Of a DNA stretch of 34,567 nucleotides, positions 1 to 10,494 are shown piece by piece. The stretch comes from Jimgerdemannia flammicorona (lineage: Eukaryota): the NCBI GenBank assembly GCA_003990765.1, contig RBNJ01000273.1:1-34567 (forward strand). Reading direction: 5' to 3'. How positions within the stretch are numbered: position 1 is the first letter of the stretch; the number at the start of each line of letters is the position of its first letter. The translations under genes were made by a program, and so were the position numbers. The notes under the pieces are model-generated. The model was not told where the DNA came from. It searched no databases and saw nothing but the letters and a program-made list of their open reading frames with translations.

Positions 1-1190
1 TTTTTTTTAATAGGCTCATAGTCTTATGGATTTTTATTAGAAGGAAACCTAGACTATATAGGCTAAAACCCTCCCCCACCACCCACTGAACAATATCCCC
101 CTATTAACCTAGACTACTAAACTGTCCAGCAGTCCCATTACTCCAGTTATGTATGCCTGTCAAATATTGGCTATATTGACTCCTACAACATAGACTAGAC
201 TTGTCTGCTTGCCAGAGCTGGATCATCATTTATATGTGAGAGCACACCTATGCATCAGATCTAGCAGTACTGAGACTGAATAAAGAATAGCCCCCCAAAC
301 CCTAAAAAAAAGCCCAAGATAAAGAAAAAAACCCCCCAACCAACCAATAGAGAGCAAAGCAGATTTAGAGTGAGTGAGTAAAAGACTTATATGCAGAACC
401 TTTCTCAAAGAACTTACACATAGGCTAGGGTCAGAAAAGACCCCACTCCTACTCCTCAAGTCTGTAGGCCTTGATCACATTGCTGTATCAGCTCCTGGTT
501 CTAGTCAGGTACAGCCAAATGAGGAAGGCTCCACTCTCTAAGCCTGTAGGCCTCAATTGTGTTGCTGCATCAGCTCTTGGTTCCAGTTGAGTACAGCCAG
601 GATGCTGGCCCCTACACCATCCCATCCCCTATCAGCCAATTGAAAGGTTCCATAAAAATATTGTCTGTCCTAGCCCCAATAACCACCCTTAGCCTGGTAC
701 TTTACTGGTTCACTATTATCACATCTGTAATGGCCATCTCCCCTCTCATCCTGACATCACCTGAAAAACAGTTACCTATGCCAGAACCATGCTTGCCAGA
801 AAGCTTGCCAAAGCCAGAGAGCCCCACTACAGATACTGAGGACCTACAGATAACCTATACTGAGCACTTGATGCCCAAGGTCAGCTGACTCTCTATATAG
901 CCTAAGATATATCAAGACAGTACCTAGTTGGCAATAGCAAAAGGAAGAAGGCACTACACCAAAATGGATGCACTCCAGATGTAGCTGAAGATATCAGAAA
1001 CTGTAAAAAAGTGGAGAAGACACTGATCTGACACTAATAAAGGGGCAACTCATCACCATTATCCTCTCCCCACCATACCCATGCAGGCACAACAAACCAA
1101 TCTGAGATAGAGGGGATAATAATAGAGGAAAGGGGACTTGGAAGGTTGTCTATCAAAACTTGTGATCAGTAAGGTAGTGGAGAAAGGAGC
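1..1190 (-). mobile_element. Poly(A)-tailed non-LTR-type retroposon (5'-truncated LINE or non-autonomous element) inserted into the 3' LTR of Gypsy element 1
   Basis: The window starts with a T run (poly-A on minus), with AATAAA on minus at ~33-38. This resembles the LINE 3' end at 18958-18993. The minus strand is G-rich like the LINE sense strand. LTR similarity stops abruptly at ~1190. No protein domain recognised. Confidence 0.45.
460..604. repeat. Diverged ~62-bp direct repeat pair (460-523 / 542-604)
   Basis: ctgtaggccttgatcacattgctgtatcagctcctggttctagtcaggtacagcca versus ctgtaggcctcaattgtgttgctgcatcagctcttggttccagttgagtacagcca. Confidence 0.7.
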
Positions 1191-1311
1191 TGTCATTTTC
1201 TGTATTGTTCATTTAATTATCATTCATATATCATACTTGATTGTATGATGATGTCATTGCCAGGTCATGTGATTGTGTATTACATCTTGTCTGTTCATTC
1301 ATTCTATTATA
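1191..1311 (-). repeat. 3' LTR remnant (U3 end) of element 1
   Basis: Ungapped match to 9544-9664 with differences mostly TG/CA transitions. Ends CTATTATA like the 5' LTR. Confidence 0.9.
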
Positions 1312-1324
1312 TTTTTCTCTCCTT
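1312..1324 (-). promoter_or_regulatory. Polypurine tract of element 1
   Basis: Minus-strand AAGGAGAGAAAAA immediately precedes the 3' LTR. Confidence 0.85.
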
Positions 1325-2149
1325 AGTAATCAATATTCTTATTGATTTGGAAATTGAGAACTAGGAGAGAGAAAGATAGAGAGTCTTTCTCAGTATTATT
1401 GCCATCTTCTTCAGTAGCAGGGGGGGTGGTTGCTGATGGCTTACTGTCTAGGATAGAGAAGTCAATGAGGTCTACAAATAGTTCTTACATTGAGATGGGT
1501 GCTGGTATAAGGGTTCTCCATCTGATGTGATTGGGACCATTCAAGTAGGGTTCTTGGTCCTTATGTCTGGAGATATCTATTTGGATAGGTGGTCCTTCAA
1601 AGAGGTCAGAGAGGCCTTGGAACCATTGGTCTGGATTGTTATTCAGAAGGAGACTCCAGTGGGGCTTGATATCAGTAGACTTGAGAGCAATCCAGGAGTT
1701 GGCTTCCTGGGCTACCATGATATCTAGCTTGTCAATCTCAGGGAAGAAGAGGTTCTAGAAATCCTTCAGTTGTATGTGATTGAGATTGGGGAATACAAAG
1801 AGTGTATGGTGTATGATTTAATAGACCTTTTTAGCAAGTCTTTGCTTGTATCTGTCCAGATGAGTCCAGTCTGAGACCTGGTCAGTGGGTAGGTTATTTA
1901 TATATTGAAGAAGCTGGTGGCTGATTTTGTATTTATACCAGATCTCTAGGCAGCTAGTAGTAAGGTTGGTTCTTCAATGAGTTCATGGTGGTTAAGGATA
2001 TATTATTCTAAGTCTGAGCTGGAGAGATTAAGGGCCTCAGAGTGGTGGTTCCTTCCTTGAATAGCAATCTGGATGTGTTAAAAAAGACAGTCAATCTGGC
2101 TTGGAAGGGGCTGGCTATGGCAGGCAGTTTAGTGGTAGATAGCAGGCAT
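1323..2149 (-). pseudogene. Degenerate accessory ORF (~275 codons, unknown function) downstream of pol in element 1
   Basis: ATG at 2149, one frameshift near 1975, and internal TAA/TAG stops. Reads MPAIYH*TACHSQPLPSQIDCLF*HIQIAIQ...LEIWYKYKISHQLL...THLDRYKQRLAKKVY*IIHHTLFVFPNL...MVAQEANSWIALKS...NNNPDQWFQGL...WRTL...LFVDLIDFS. Homologous to 20044-20861. TATAAATA on minus at 2209-2216. Confidence 0.8.
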
Positions 2150-2841
2150 TCTTGTCTTATCTTTTCTTTATGAGAAAGATAAGAGTTGCAGAATATTCTT
2201 GCCTTGGGTATTTATACTTATTCACCTATCTGGTGTGATCTTCTTTTGGTCATATTTTTTAGCAAAATATATGACCTATTGCTGTAAGTGAAGCATGTAT
2301 TAGTCATATGGGAAAAATTCTAATTTCAAAGATATCATCACTTATAGTTATGGTTACATAGGGTTACCAGGTCTTAGTCCTCTTTTTTTTTGTCTGGTTG
2401 GTACATTTGTAAGGAATAGGTAACCTTGTCTAGGGTGAGGGCTCCCATTATTGCAGCTGGAGGTTCAAATCTCTTAGAAATAAAATTTCTTATAATCTGA
2501 GGCAATTCCTAGTAACAATATCTATCATATAGATGGACTTAGATTGGTTTCGACATTATTGGCTTTCCTAAGTTTCATATGAAGTGTCTATCATCATCCA
2601 GTAAAGATGACACAGATGGTATGAAATAGAGTTGTTCAAATGCATTTTGCTATACTATACTAGATTGTTCTTCACCTAAGTGTCTTCTTGTTGATTAACT
2701 ATGATGTTTCTTTTTTTTCTACAATATTCAGTATTATATGTTTTGGATAAAATATATAGTATTCTTCTCATTTGCTATGTGCTCTAATTTTTAGAGTTAC
2801 AGTTCCTTCCTTTACTGGGAGGTAAGTATTTCCATATAGTG

Positions 2842-5800
2842 CTAGAGGGCTTTGTATATATTCTCTAAAGTTTCTTCTTTTTTCCAGATTGTGACATGGG
2901 TGGGGTAACCCTTCCACTTGATGAGGAAAAAATGCTTGACTATTCTGGGGTATTTGTAAATCTTGTGGTCAAGTACTTCCTCAATTTTGAATTCCTTATG
3001 ATCATTGATCCTAATTGGGGGTAGTGGTGGAACTATATGCTCAGGGAATGAGTTCTCATAATAGTCCACAAATTGACTGATAGAATACTGAGTATACTCA
3101 GATATTATGGGGAAGTTGTAACTTATAGTTGACTTTACTGACTTTTTCCACAATCTTGTATAGTCCAATTCTTCTAGCATGGAGTTTCTTGACTAGTTGC
3201 TGTGCCAGAGTGTTTAGGTGGAGGTGATCTGTTCTAAGCATAACTATGTCACCAATATTATAGGAGACTTCTCTTTGCTTCAAGTTTGTATACTTGGTCT
3301 GATAGTCCTGTGCTTCTATGAGAGCATCTCTTATTATTCAGATAAGGTCAGAAATGGTCTCAGCCAGATCTTGGGCTACTGAGACTGCTGATTTCACAGT
3401 AGTACTTGGAGTTCTTGGATATTGATCATAGTTCAGGAAGAATGGGATCTTTTTCATAGAGGTTTTCTGGCTATTGTTATAGGCAATCTCAGCATAGACT
3501 AGGTACTTGTCTCAATAATTCTACTTATAACAGCAGAAGATACTAAGCATCTGTTTGAGAGTTCTATTAGTTCACTCAGTTTGACTATCAGTCTGAGAGT
3601 GGTAGGTAGTAGAGAACTTCAGCTTGGTTCTATAGAGAGAGAAGAATATCTTCCAAAAGTTGCTTGTGAACTTAGCATCTTAGTTAGATACAATGGTATG
3701 AGGCATACTATATAGCCTAAAAACTTGGTTGAGGAAAATCTCAGCAATTTCTGATATAATAATGGTGGTCTTGGTGGGTGCAAAATAGGCTTATTTGCTT
3801 AGGCAGTCCATATAAATACCACAATGGTATCTCATCCTACCTTGGTCTTGGGGAGTTGAACAATAAAGTTCATTGCAATCTAATCCCAGTTATAACTTGA
3901 GATAGGCAGAGATTGCAGAAGTCCTGCTGGTAGCTTGTTGCCACTTTTGAATCTTTGGTATATCTTGCATGAGGCTATAAAGTCTTTGATGTCCTTGGTC
4001 ATCTTTGGCCAGTAGAACTCTCTTGAGAGGAGGTTGTAGGTCTTCTTAAAACCAAAGTGTCCTGCTGCAGGAGTATCATAGAGTTTCTGTATGATCTTGA
4101 GCCACAGAGTATTATTATTGGATATAACTACTCTATCATAGTTCTATAGATAAGTCCATTATGGTAAGTGAATCTCTTGGACATTTGCCTCATGAGTTCT
4201 AGGACCTTGGTCTCTGATACTTAGCAGAATTGAAGGAAATTCATCAGAGAGCTGTCCTGTTAATAACCATTCTTGATTATTTAGATAAGGTCTCCAATTA
4301 TCTTAACCATGAAGATAAGTTCATCTTCCATATATCTGGAGAAACCATCAGCCACACAGTTGGTTTTGTCTGAGATATACTTGATTTCTATATCAAAGTT
4401 GGTAATGATTTCCATTCAGCAGGCTTGTCTGTGGGTCAGTATGAGCTGTGTATGAATATACTACAAAGAATGGTGGTCAGTGTAGACCACAAATAGTTGT
4501 CCTAAGAGGAAATGGCACCATTCTTGGAGTGCAGTGACAATGGTCAGGAGTTCCTTCTCATGGGTAATATACTGGGTCTCAGCTAGCTTGAGCTTTTGGG
4601 AAAGGTAGGTCACTGGGTAATCTTCTTGACTGAGCACTACCTCAATGGCAATATCAGAAGCATCTGTGGTCAGAGTGAATGGCCTAGTAGATTCAGATAC
4701 AATTAGCACTGAGGCCTTGATAAGGAGTCTCTTGAGATGGTCTATAGCCTGGGTATATTCAGGAGTCTATTCAGTCTTGACATTTACTTCTTTGTGGGCT
4801 AGGCTGGTCAGTGGAGCTACAATAGCAAAATATCCTTAGATAAATCTTCAGTAGTAACCAGCAATACCCAGAAAGTACTAAAGTAGCATGAGGGTAGTGG
4901 GGATGGGAATATTTTTGAGGGCTAATACCTTTTGGGGGTCTATATTGATTCCTTCAGCAGAGATAATATGTCTTAGGTACTCAATCTGGTCTTAATAGAA
5001 TTTGTACTTGCTTATCTTGGTATAGAGCTGGTGTTCTCACAGAAGGGTCAGTATCTGTCTGAGGTAGGTGTAGTGTAACTCCACTGTTTTGCTATAGATT
5101 AGTATGTCATCAATATATACAAGGATACAGATGTTGAGGAGTGGTCCAAAGATATCATTCATCAGATACTGAAATATTGCTGATATATTGGTTAAACCAA
5201 AAGACATGACTCAGAACAGGTAGTATCCAAATCATATTCAGAAAGCTGTCTTTTCAATATCCTTCTCATCAATGAGGATCTGGTGGTAGCCATTTTTTAA
5301 GTCTAGCAGAAAGAAGGTCTTGACCTTGAAGATTTGGTGCAACAACTCATCAATCCTGGGCAAGACATACTGGTTCTTGATAGTGATCTTGTTGAGGGCT
5401 CTATAGTTAATATATATTCACAGAGAGTCATCCTTCTTCTTGATAAATAGAATGGGGGCTCCAAATAGAGAGCAGCTGGGTTCAATATATCCTTGGGTCA
5501 GTAGTTTGGTCAACTCATTCTTGAGGGTCTTGAGCTCAGATTGGACCAGTTGATAGATACTCTTATATGGGGGTTCAGATTCTGGAATGAGATCAATTCC
5601 ATATTAGATTTGGTACTTGGGTGGAAGTCCTTGAGGGTTCTGAAATACATCTTAGAATTCTTCAAATAGTTCTTGAGCTTCTGTTGAGATTGGACTACTT
5701 ATAGCTTCAGTGACTTCTTGTATAGTGTAGATGAAGTAGGTGTTTCTCTTTTTTCAAGAGAGTCTCTTTATTTAAATGATAGAGATAATTTTGATTTCTT

Positions 5801-6140
5801 GATAGTTGGTGCCTTCCTGGGGTATTAGGGTGATTTTTCTGCCTTCATGGGTCAGATTAACCTCATTGGTCCTTCAGTTGATATCTGGGTTGTACTGGGT
5901 CAGCCAGGCTTTTTCTAGAATAATGTCTTGTCCTGGGAGATCTACAATACTGAAGTCCAACTTCTCTTGATATTTGCCAATCTTGAGCAAGAGATCTTCA
6001 CAGATCTTGATCAGTGGTGCAGTCTTATCATCACCAAATATAACACTTCTTTTCTCAGTAGCTGGTCTGCTTTGGACTCCAATCCTCTTGGTGGTTTTGG
6101 TACTGATATAGTTTCCAGTAGCACTGCTATCAAGCAAGAC
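2842..6140 (-). pseudogene. pol: pol remnant of element 1: aspartic protease, RT, RNase H, integrase, C-terminal chromodomain
   Basis: Protease LLDSSATGNYIS (~6140). RT YIDD (~5107-5118). RNase H LTTDASDIAIEVVLSQ...HEKELL...YTDHHSL (4461-4709). GPY/F-like IGDIVML..IGLYKIVEKVSKVNYKL. Chromodomain EFKIEEVLDHK..FLIKWKGYP..IWKKEETL (2842-3000). Confidence 0.95.
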
Positions 6141-6506
6141 ATTGATATTCTGTCTGTGGACTTGATCTGTAAACTTGATGCAACTATTCTCCTTTTTGAT
6201 GGTGTTGAGCTCTTCATCTTCATTGTTGTTCCAATTGCTATCAGTCTCCTTGAAGTCAGTTTCTCCCCATTCTTTATAAGGAGAGTGGTCTTGTTTGGGT
6301 TCCTCAGTCTATTGGGCTTGGTTTCTTTCAGAATTGATATTGAAAATCTTGAAAAGACATGCTGGGCATTCACTAATATATTCTATGCAGTACATTCAGA
6401 TAGAATGAGGGCATCATCCATATAGTGCATAACTATCTGCAATTCTCTTGTACCAGTTTTCATCATCTTCCTTCATAGTAGTGACCCTTTGAGTGGAAGG
6501 TTTGTT

Positions 6507-6920
6507 GGTTGATCCAAACTCTTTCTTATCACAGTCTGTCTGGGAGAGCTCAGGGACTTCTTCAATAGTGAGATCTTAACCAATTTCTTCAATTATTGCT
6601 TGGACAATTCTTTGGCCTACTTTGACTTCAAATGAGGTATCTCCAAAATTTCACAAAATGACACAGATTTCACTAGTAAAACTTTGGTCAACTACTCCTC
6701 CTCCTAGTCTAATGTTGAACTCTTTGGCTAGGCTGCTTTGCTCAGTAAGGCAGATATATGTACCTTTGGGAGCTTATATTGTAATCTCTGTTCACACTAT
6801 AGCATTGGTACTTAGTGAAATAGTGAAGTCTTGGCTACTGTAGAGATTATATCTAGCATCAATAGGGTGGGCCTTAGTGGGGATAGTAGCCTTATACCAT
6901 ATCCTCTGTACTTTGATAAT
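6507..6920 (-). pseudogene. dut: dUTPase domain of element 1, between gag zinc knuckle and protease
   Basis: Hand translation shows all five trimeric dUTPase motifs in degenerate form: ATIPTKAHPIDARYNLYS, EQSSLAK, GGGVVDQSFTSEI, GQRIVQ, TDCDKKEFGST. Confidence 0.9.
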
Positions 6921-6989
6921 ATTCTTGGGGTTCTTCTTTTCTAGTCCTTCTCTGATAACAGTAATGTTCTAGTTACTGGGTTTGCCTGA

Positions 6990-8010
6990 TCTATTTCTCT
7001 TCTCAGGGCATTTGAATAAGATGTATCCTGCTATCTTACAGATGAAGTACAATTCTTTTTTGTGAAGCTGCTTCTTTTCATCTTCAATGAAAGGTCTAGG
7101 TCCTCTGGGGTTTTACTGGTTTTTTTGATTATTCTTTTGATCATATCTATGGCCATTCCTTTGATCATATCTATGGTCATTCCTTTGATCATTTCTCCTG
7201 ATAGGGTTCCTTCTATCCTGGTTATCCTTCTTATGTTTGGGGTTTCATGGGACCTATGTAGCAAGAATTTCGCAGGCTCTTCTTTGTACTTGGGCAAAGC
7301 ACTATAAATAGTGGAGACATCCTTGGAGAAGACCTTATTCCTTAATCTTTTAGGTGAGCCAGTCTGGTAGGGCTGCAAAGAGATGGTTGGCTCTGGTACC
7401 ATTGATGGCCAAATTGTTCTCCTAGTAGATAAGATCAATGGTTTTGAGATACATAGGTATCCATTCTAGTAGCAAAGGTCTCTAGATCTTCCTTGTCATT
7501 CTTGTGGAACTTTATCTGGGACAGTTTGTTCCAAGTTTCTTATATATAGGCTGCATTTCAGAATTTGGTCAGTAGTAATGCCTTGAGTCCAGGGTCTGCT
7601 TCATAGTCATCCCAACCTGGTCTGTTATTAGCAGGTACTTGTTCATTGACTTGAGGGCAATTTTCTCAGGTTACTGAGTGCTATTCTAAGATATACTAGA
7701 ATTCAGCTACTGTTCTAGTGAAGAATGTGGCTACTGTTTCCACTTGTATTACTGATATAGCAAACAGCTATTGAAGGGTATTGTTCTGGTTATTGGTGAG
7801 TATTTCTATAGGTACTTAGTTATCATTCTATTGATTTGCTTGGTAGTCTATATCAACTGCATTGATGAAGTTTTTGATATTGCTATTTTTTCTACTGAAT
7901 GTTGGAATTTGCAAGATCTTGGTTGGTTTGTTCTGTTCAGCAATTTGTCCTACTATCTCTGCTAGTATAGCTAGCTGGGTAGTCAGTGCTACAATATTGG
8001 CATCTACCAT
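6990..8010 (-). pseudogene. gag: gag remnant of element 1 with CCHC zinc knuckle
   Basis: ORF pieces MVDANIVALTTQLAILAEIVGQ...IPTFS. Knuckle Y(C)FICKIAGY(H)ILFKCPE at ~7008-7049. Confidence 0.8.
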
Positions 8011-8889
8011 TGTGTTGACTATTGGTGGTGGGCCTGTGGGGGTAGATTCTCCTGAAGATTGTTTTGCTTGGTGGGGTTATAGTGCTGTATAACTTGGGGT
8101 TACTTGATTCCCAGATATGTATCAGGTCAAAGAGTCCTGTGAGAGAGGGTAAACCAAATCTCTGTATAGGTGACTGGGTTAGTTCTGGGGTCTGATCTTC
8201 TTGACCTGTAGTTTCTTGATAAATTCCTAAGTATACTATTCCTTATTGACTATCATCAGACTGGTATCCTGTAGAGTTTTCATCTGACTCCTTTCTCTGA
8301 TGAGATAGTATGTCCTCATACTGACTAGGTCCTTCAAAGAGGATATTAGTTTCTGGCTAAGTAGATAAGCCTACTTTTTATTCAGTAGTAAAAGATGGGT
8401 GGCCTGCTTGCTTATTCTCATATCTGGTTATAGCAGAGGTATAGTATACAACTAGTCTGTAATAGAGTGAGATCTTGGTAGGAGTATGATGATATCTATC
8501 AGAGATAATCTACTCAGCAGCTACTTCTTTTGTAGCAGGGAGTGAGATATAATCTAGAAAATCCTAGGTGACTACAGTAGTAGATTCTGGAGTCCTAGTG
8601 GTTCCAATATGTCTACAGAGAAGTTCATAGAATCTATAGTAGCTGACTATATTCCTAAGTCCTGGGTGATAAGTTCTAAAGACCTGGTATAGATCCTTAT
8701 AAGTCTAGTCAATTACAAGCTAGTGGGTCTCTGGGTCTGTAGTTTCCTGGTACCACTTGGTCCTAATGGCAAGGGTTTCTCTGGCTCTGGTTTGGGGATT
8801 TACAGTTGTTTCTGAGGGTTACTCCTGTCTAAGGTTAGTCTTGTTCCAACTTCAGGAATGTATTCTTGATATCTTCTTGACTTGGTAAA

Positions 8890-8901
8890 CTACTGCTACC
8901 A
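8890..8901 (-). promoter_or_regulatory. Primer-binding site of element 1
   Basis: Minus strand reads LTR end + ACT + TGGTAGCAG, where TGG is complementary to tRNA CCA. Confidence 0.75.
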
Positions 8902-8904
8902 AGT

Positions 8905-9664
8905 TATAATAGCTCTCACTTCTACCCCTCTCTTATTCTTTGGATAATTAGGGAAATAAGACTATTACTTAGGGACTTAGTATACAATGTGTACCAAGAA
9001 GTCTTCAGTTTGAGGAAGCACTCACTTGAAAGTAATTATAGCAGTAGTGTCTTATCTTTCAAAGATCTTTCTCTTTTACCCTAGCTTTCAAGAGTCTTGT
9101 TCTCTGCTATATACAGACTAAATTCACCTTGGAATTCAGGTTCAATAGGTTTACTTAAGTCTTTGGGGATTTATATATCAGTCTCAGTTCTGGCAGAAGT
9201 TAGACTTCTGGAGTTTAGTCAGAAACACTAGAGTCACTTAAATGTCATTACTAAGACTCAGAGGAATGTGTGTGTATGGGAGAGACTTCAAGAACTAAAC
9301 TAAAACTGTTTTATTGCAAATGGAAACTGATAGGTATTTATACAAGTTTGTCTACAATTTCTGACTAAGTATGAGTGACTAATTTGGTAACTATAATGAG
9401 GTTTGTGATCATGACCTTTGTCAGATGGTTTTTGGCAAAAACAACTTTGTAATCAGGACCTCAATTACTAGGCAATGATTAGCTACTGTGGTAATATTTG
9501 CTATAGTGCTGATTGTCAGGGATAAACTAGATATCATTTTTTGTGTTATTTTTTGCATCATTCATTCATTTGTCATTTATATGTTATACTTAATCATATG
9601 ATGATATCATCACTAGGTCACATGATCACTTGTCATGTTTCATCTATTCATTCATTCTATTATA
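8905..9664 (-). repeat. 5' LTR of element 1 (760 bp)
   Basis: Terminal inverted repeat TATAATAG...CTATTATA (likely mutated TGTAA...TTACA). Minus-strand TATAAATA at 9335-9342 and AATAAA at 9310-9315. PBS is adjacent. Confidence 0.9.
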
Positions 9665-10130
9665 GTAGACTTATACTTATTACAATATTTAAAGCTCTTA
9701 GCTTATGCTTATTGCTCACAGGATTGTACTTAATACAATATTTGAAGCTCTTGGCTTATACTTATTGATTATAGAATTGCTGACTTATACTTATTGCTTA
9801 TCAGATTGCAGACTTATATTGTTGTAATATTCAAAGCTCTTGGCTTATACTTATTGATTATAGGATTGCTGACTTATACTTATTACTTACCAGATTACAG
9901 ACTTATATTATTGTAATATTCAAAGCTCTTGGCTTATACTTATTGATTATAGGATTGCAGACTTATATTGTTGTAATATTCAAAGCTCTTGGCTTATACT
10001 TGTTGCTCATGAGATTACTGGCTTATACTTGTTACTTGTAGAATTACAGACTTATACTTATTATAATATTTGAAGCTCTCAGCTTATGTATATTGCTTAT
10101 AGAATTGTAGACTTATGAGCTTATAAGTAT
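9665..10130. repeat. Minisatellite of alternating ~29/33-bp units (gacttatacttattgcttataggattgca / ...tgtaatattcaaagctcttggcttatac)
   Basis: Directly visible tandem repetition. It starts at the LTR edge and may be hAT subterminal repeats. Confidence 0.85.
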
Positions 10131-10494
10131 AAGTATTTCAGATATAGTAATTAAGTATATATAATATATATTCTTAAGCTTTGAATATATTTGAAGTTCT
10201 ATATATATATATTATACTATTCATACTACTTATATATCATTTATCTCTAGTGCTCTTGAGCAGATATAAGATATCTTACTTATCTCATTAGGACTGAAAA
10301 TGATAGAAATCATATTTGAATATAACAATCTGATATGTATTTAGAAATTATATTCAGATATAGTATATCTATAAGTTCTGAATCATACTTATATAATATA
10401 ATATCTGAGTGCTATATTTATTTGATATTTTGAAATATAACTATATTTTAAAATTTAGAATCAGCTATTGTTATTGAAATACTAGACTGATTAT

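Larger units (their letters stand above)
1191..9664 (-). mobile_element. Degenerate Ty3/Gypsy chromovirus-type LTR retrotransposon (element 1): 5'LTR-PBS-gag-dUTPase-PR-RT-RH-IN-chromodomain-extra ORF-PPT-3'LTR(interrupted)
   Basis: Domain remnants lie on minus in Gypsy order. The LTR pair 1191-1311 / 9544-9664 aligns, and PBS and PPT are at the expected positions. Confidence 0.95.

Noticed and set aside
1323..2149. Calling the extra ORF env
   Set aside because: No signal peptide, furin site or convincing transmembrane anchor was seen. Position alone is insufficient.
5928..7307. Hydrophobic plus-strand ORFs resembling membrane proteins
   Set aside because: Antisense to A-rich gag/pol remnants, with no independent support.
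9616..9625. GTCACATG resembling budding-yeast centromere CDEI
   Set aside because: It lies within an LTR with no CDEII/CDEIII, and is better explained as a mutated E-box.
9665..10130. Possible CRISPR array
   Set aside because: The intervening sequences are themselves repeated, so this is a minisatellite.
10248..10414. Possible MITE with TAGTGCTC...GAGTGCTA ends
   Set aside because: The ends are inverted only after assuming ancestral CpG, and no matching TSD is visible.
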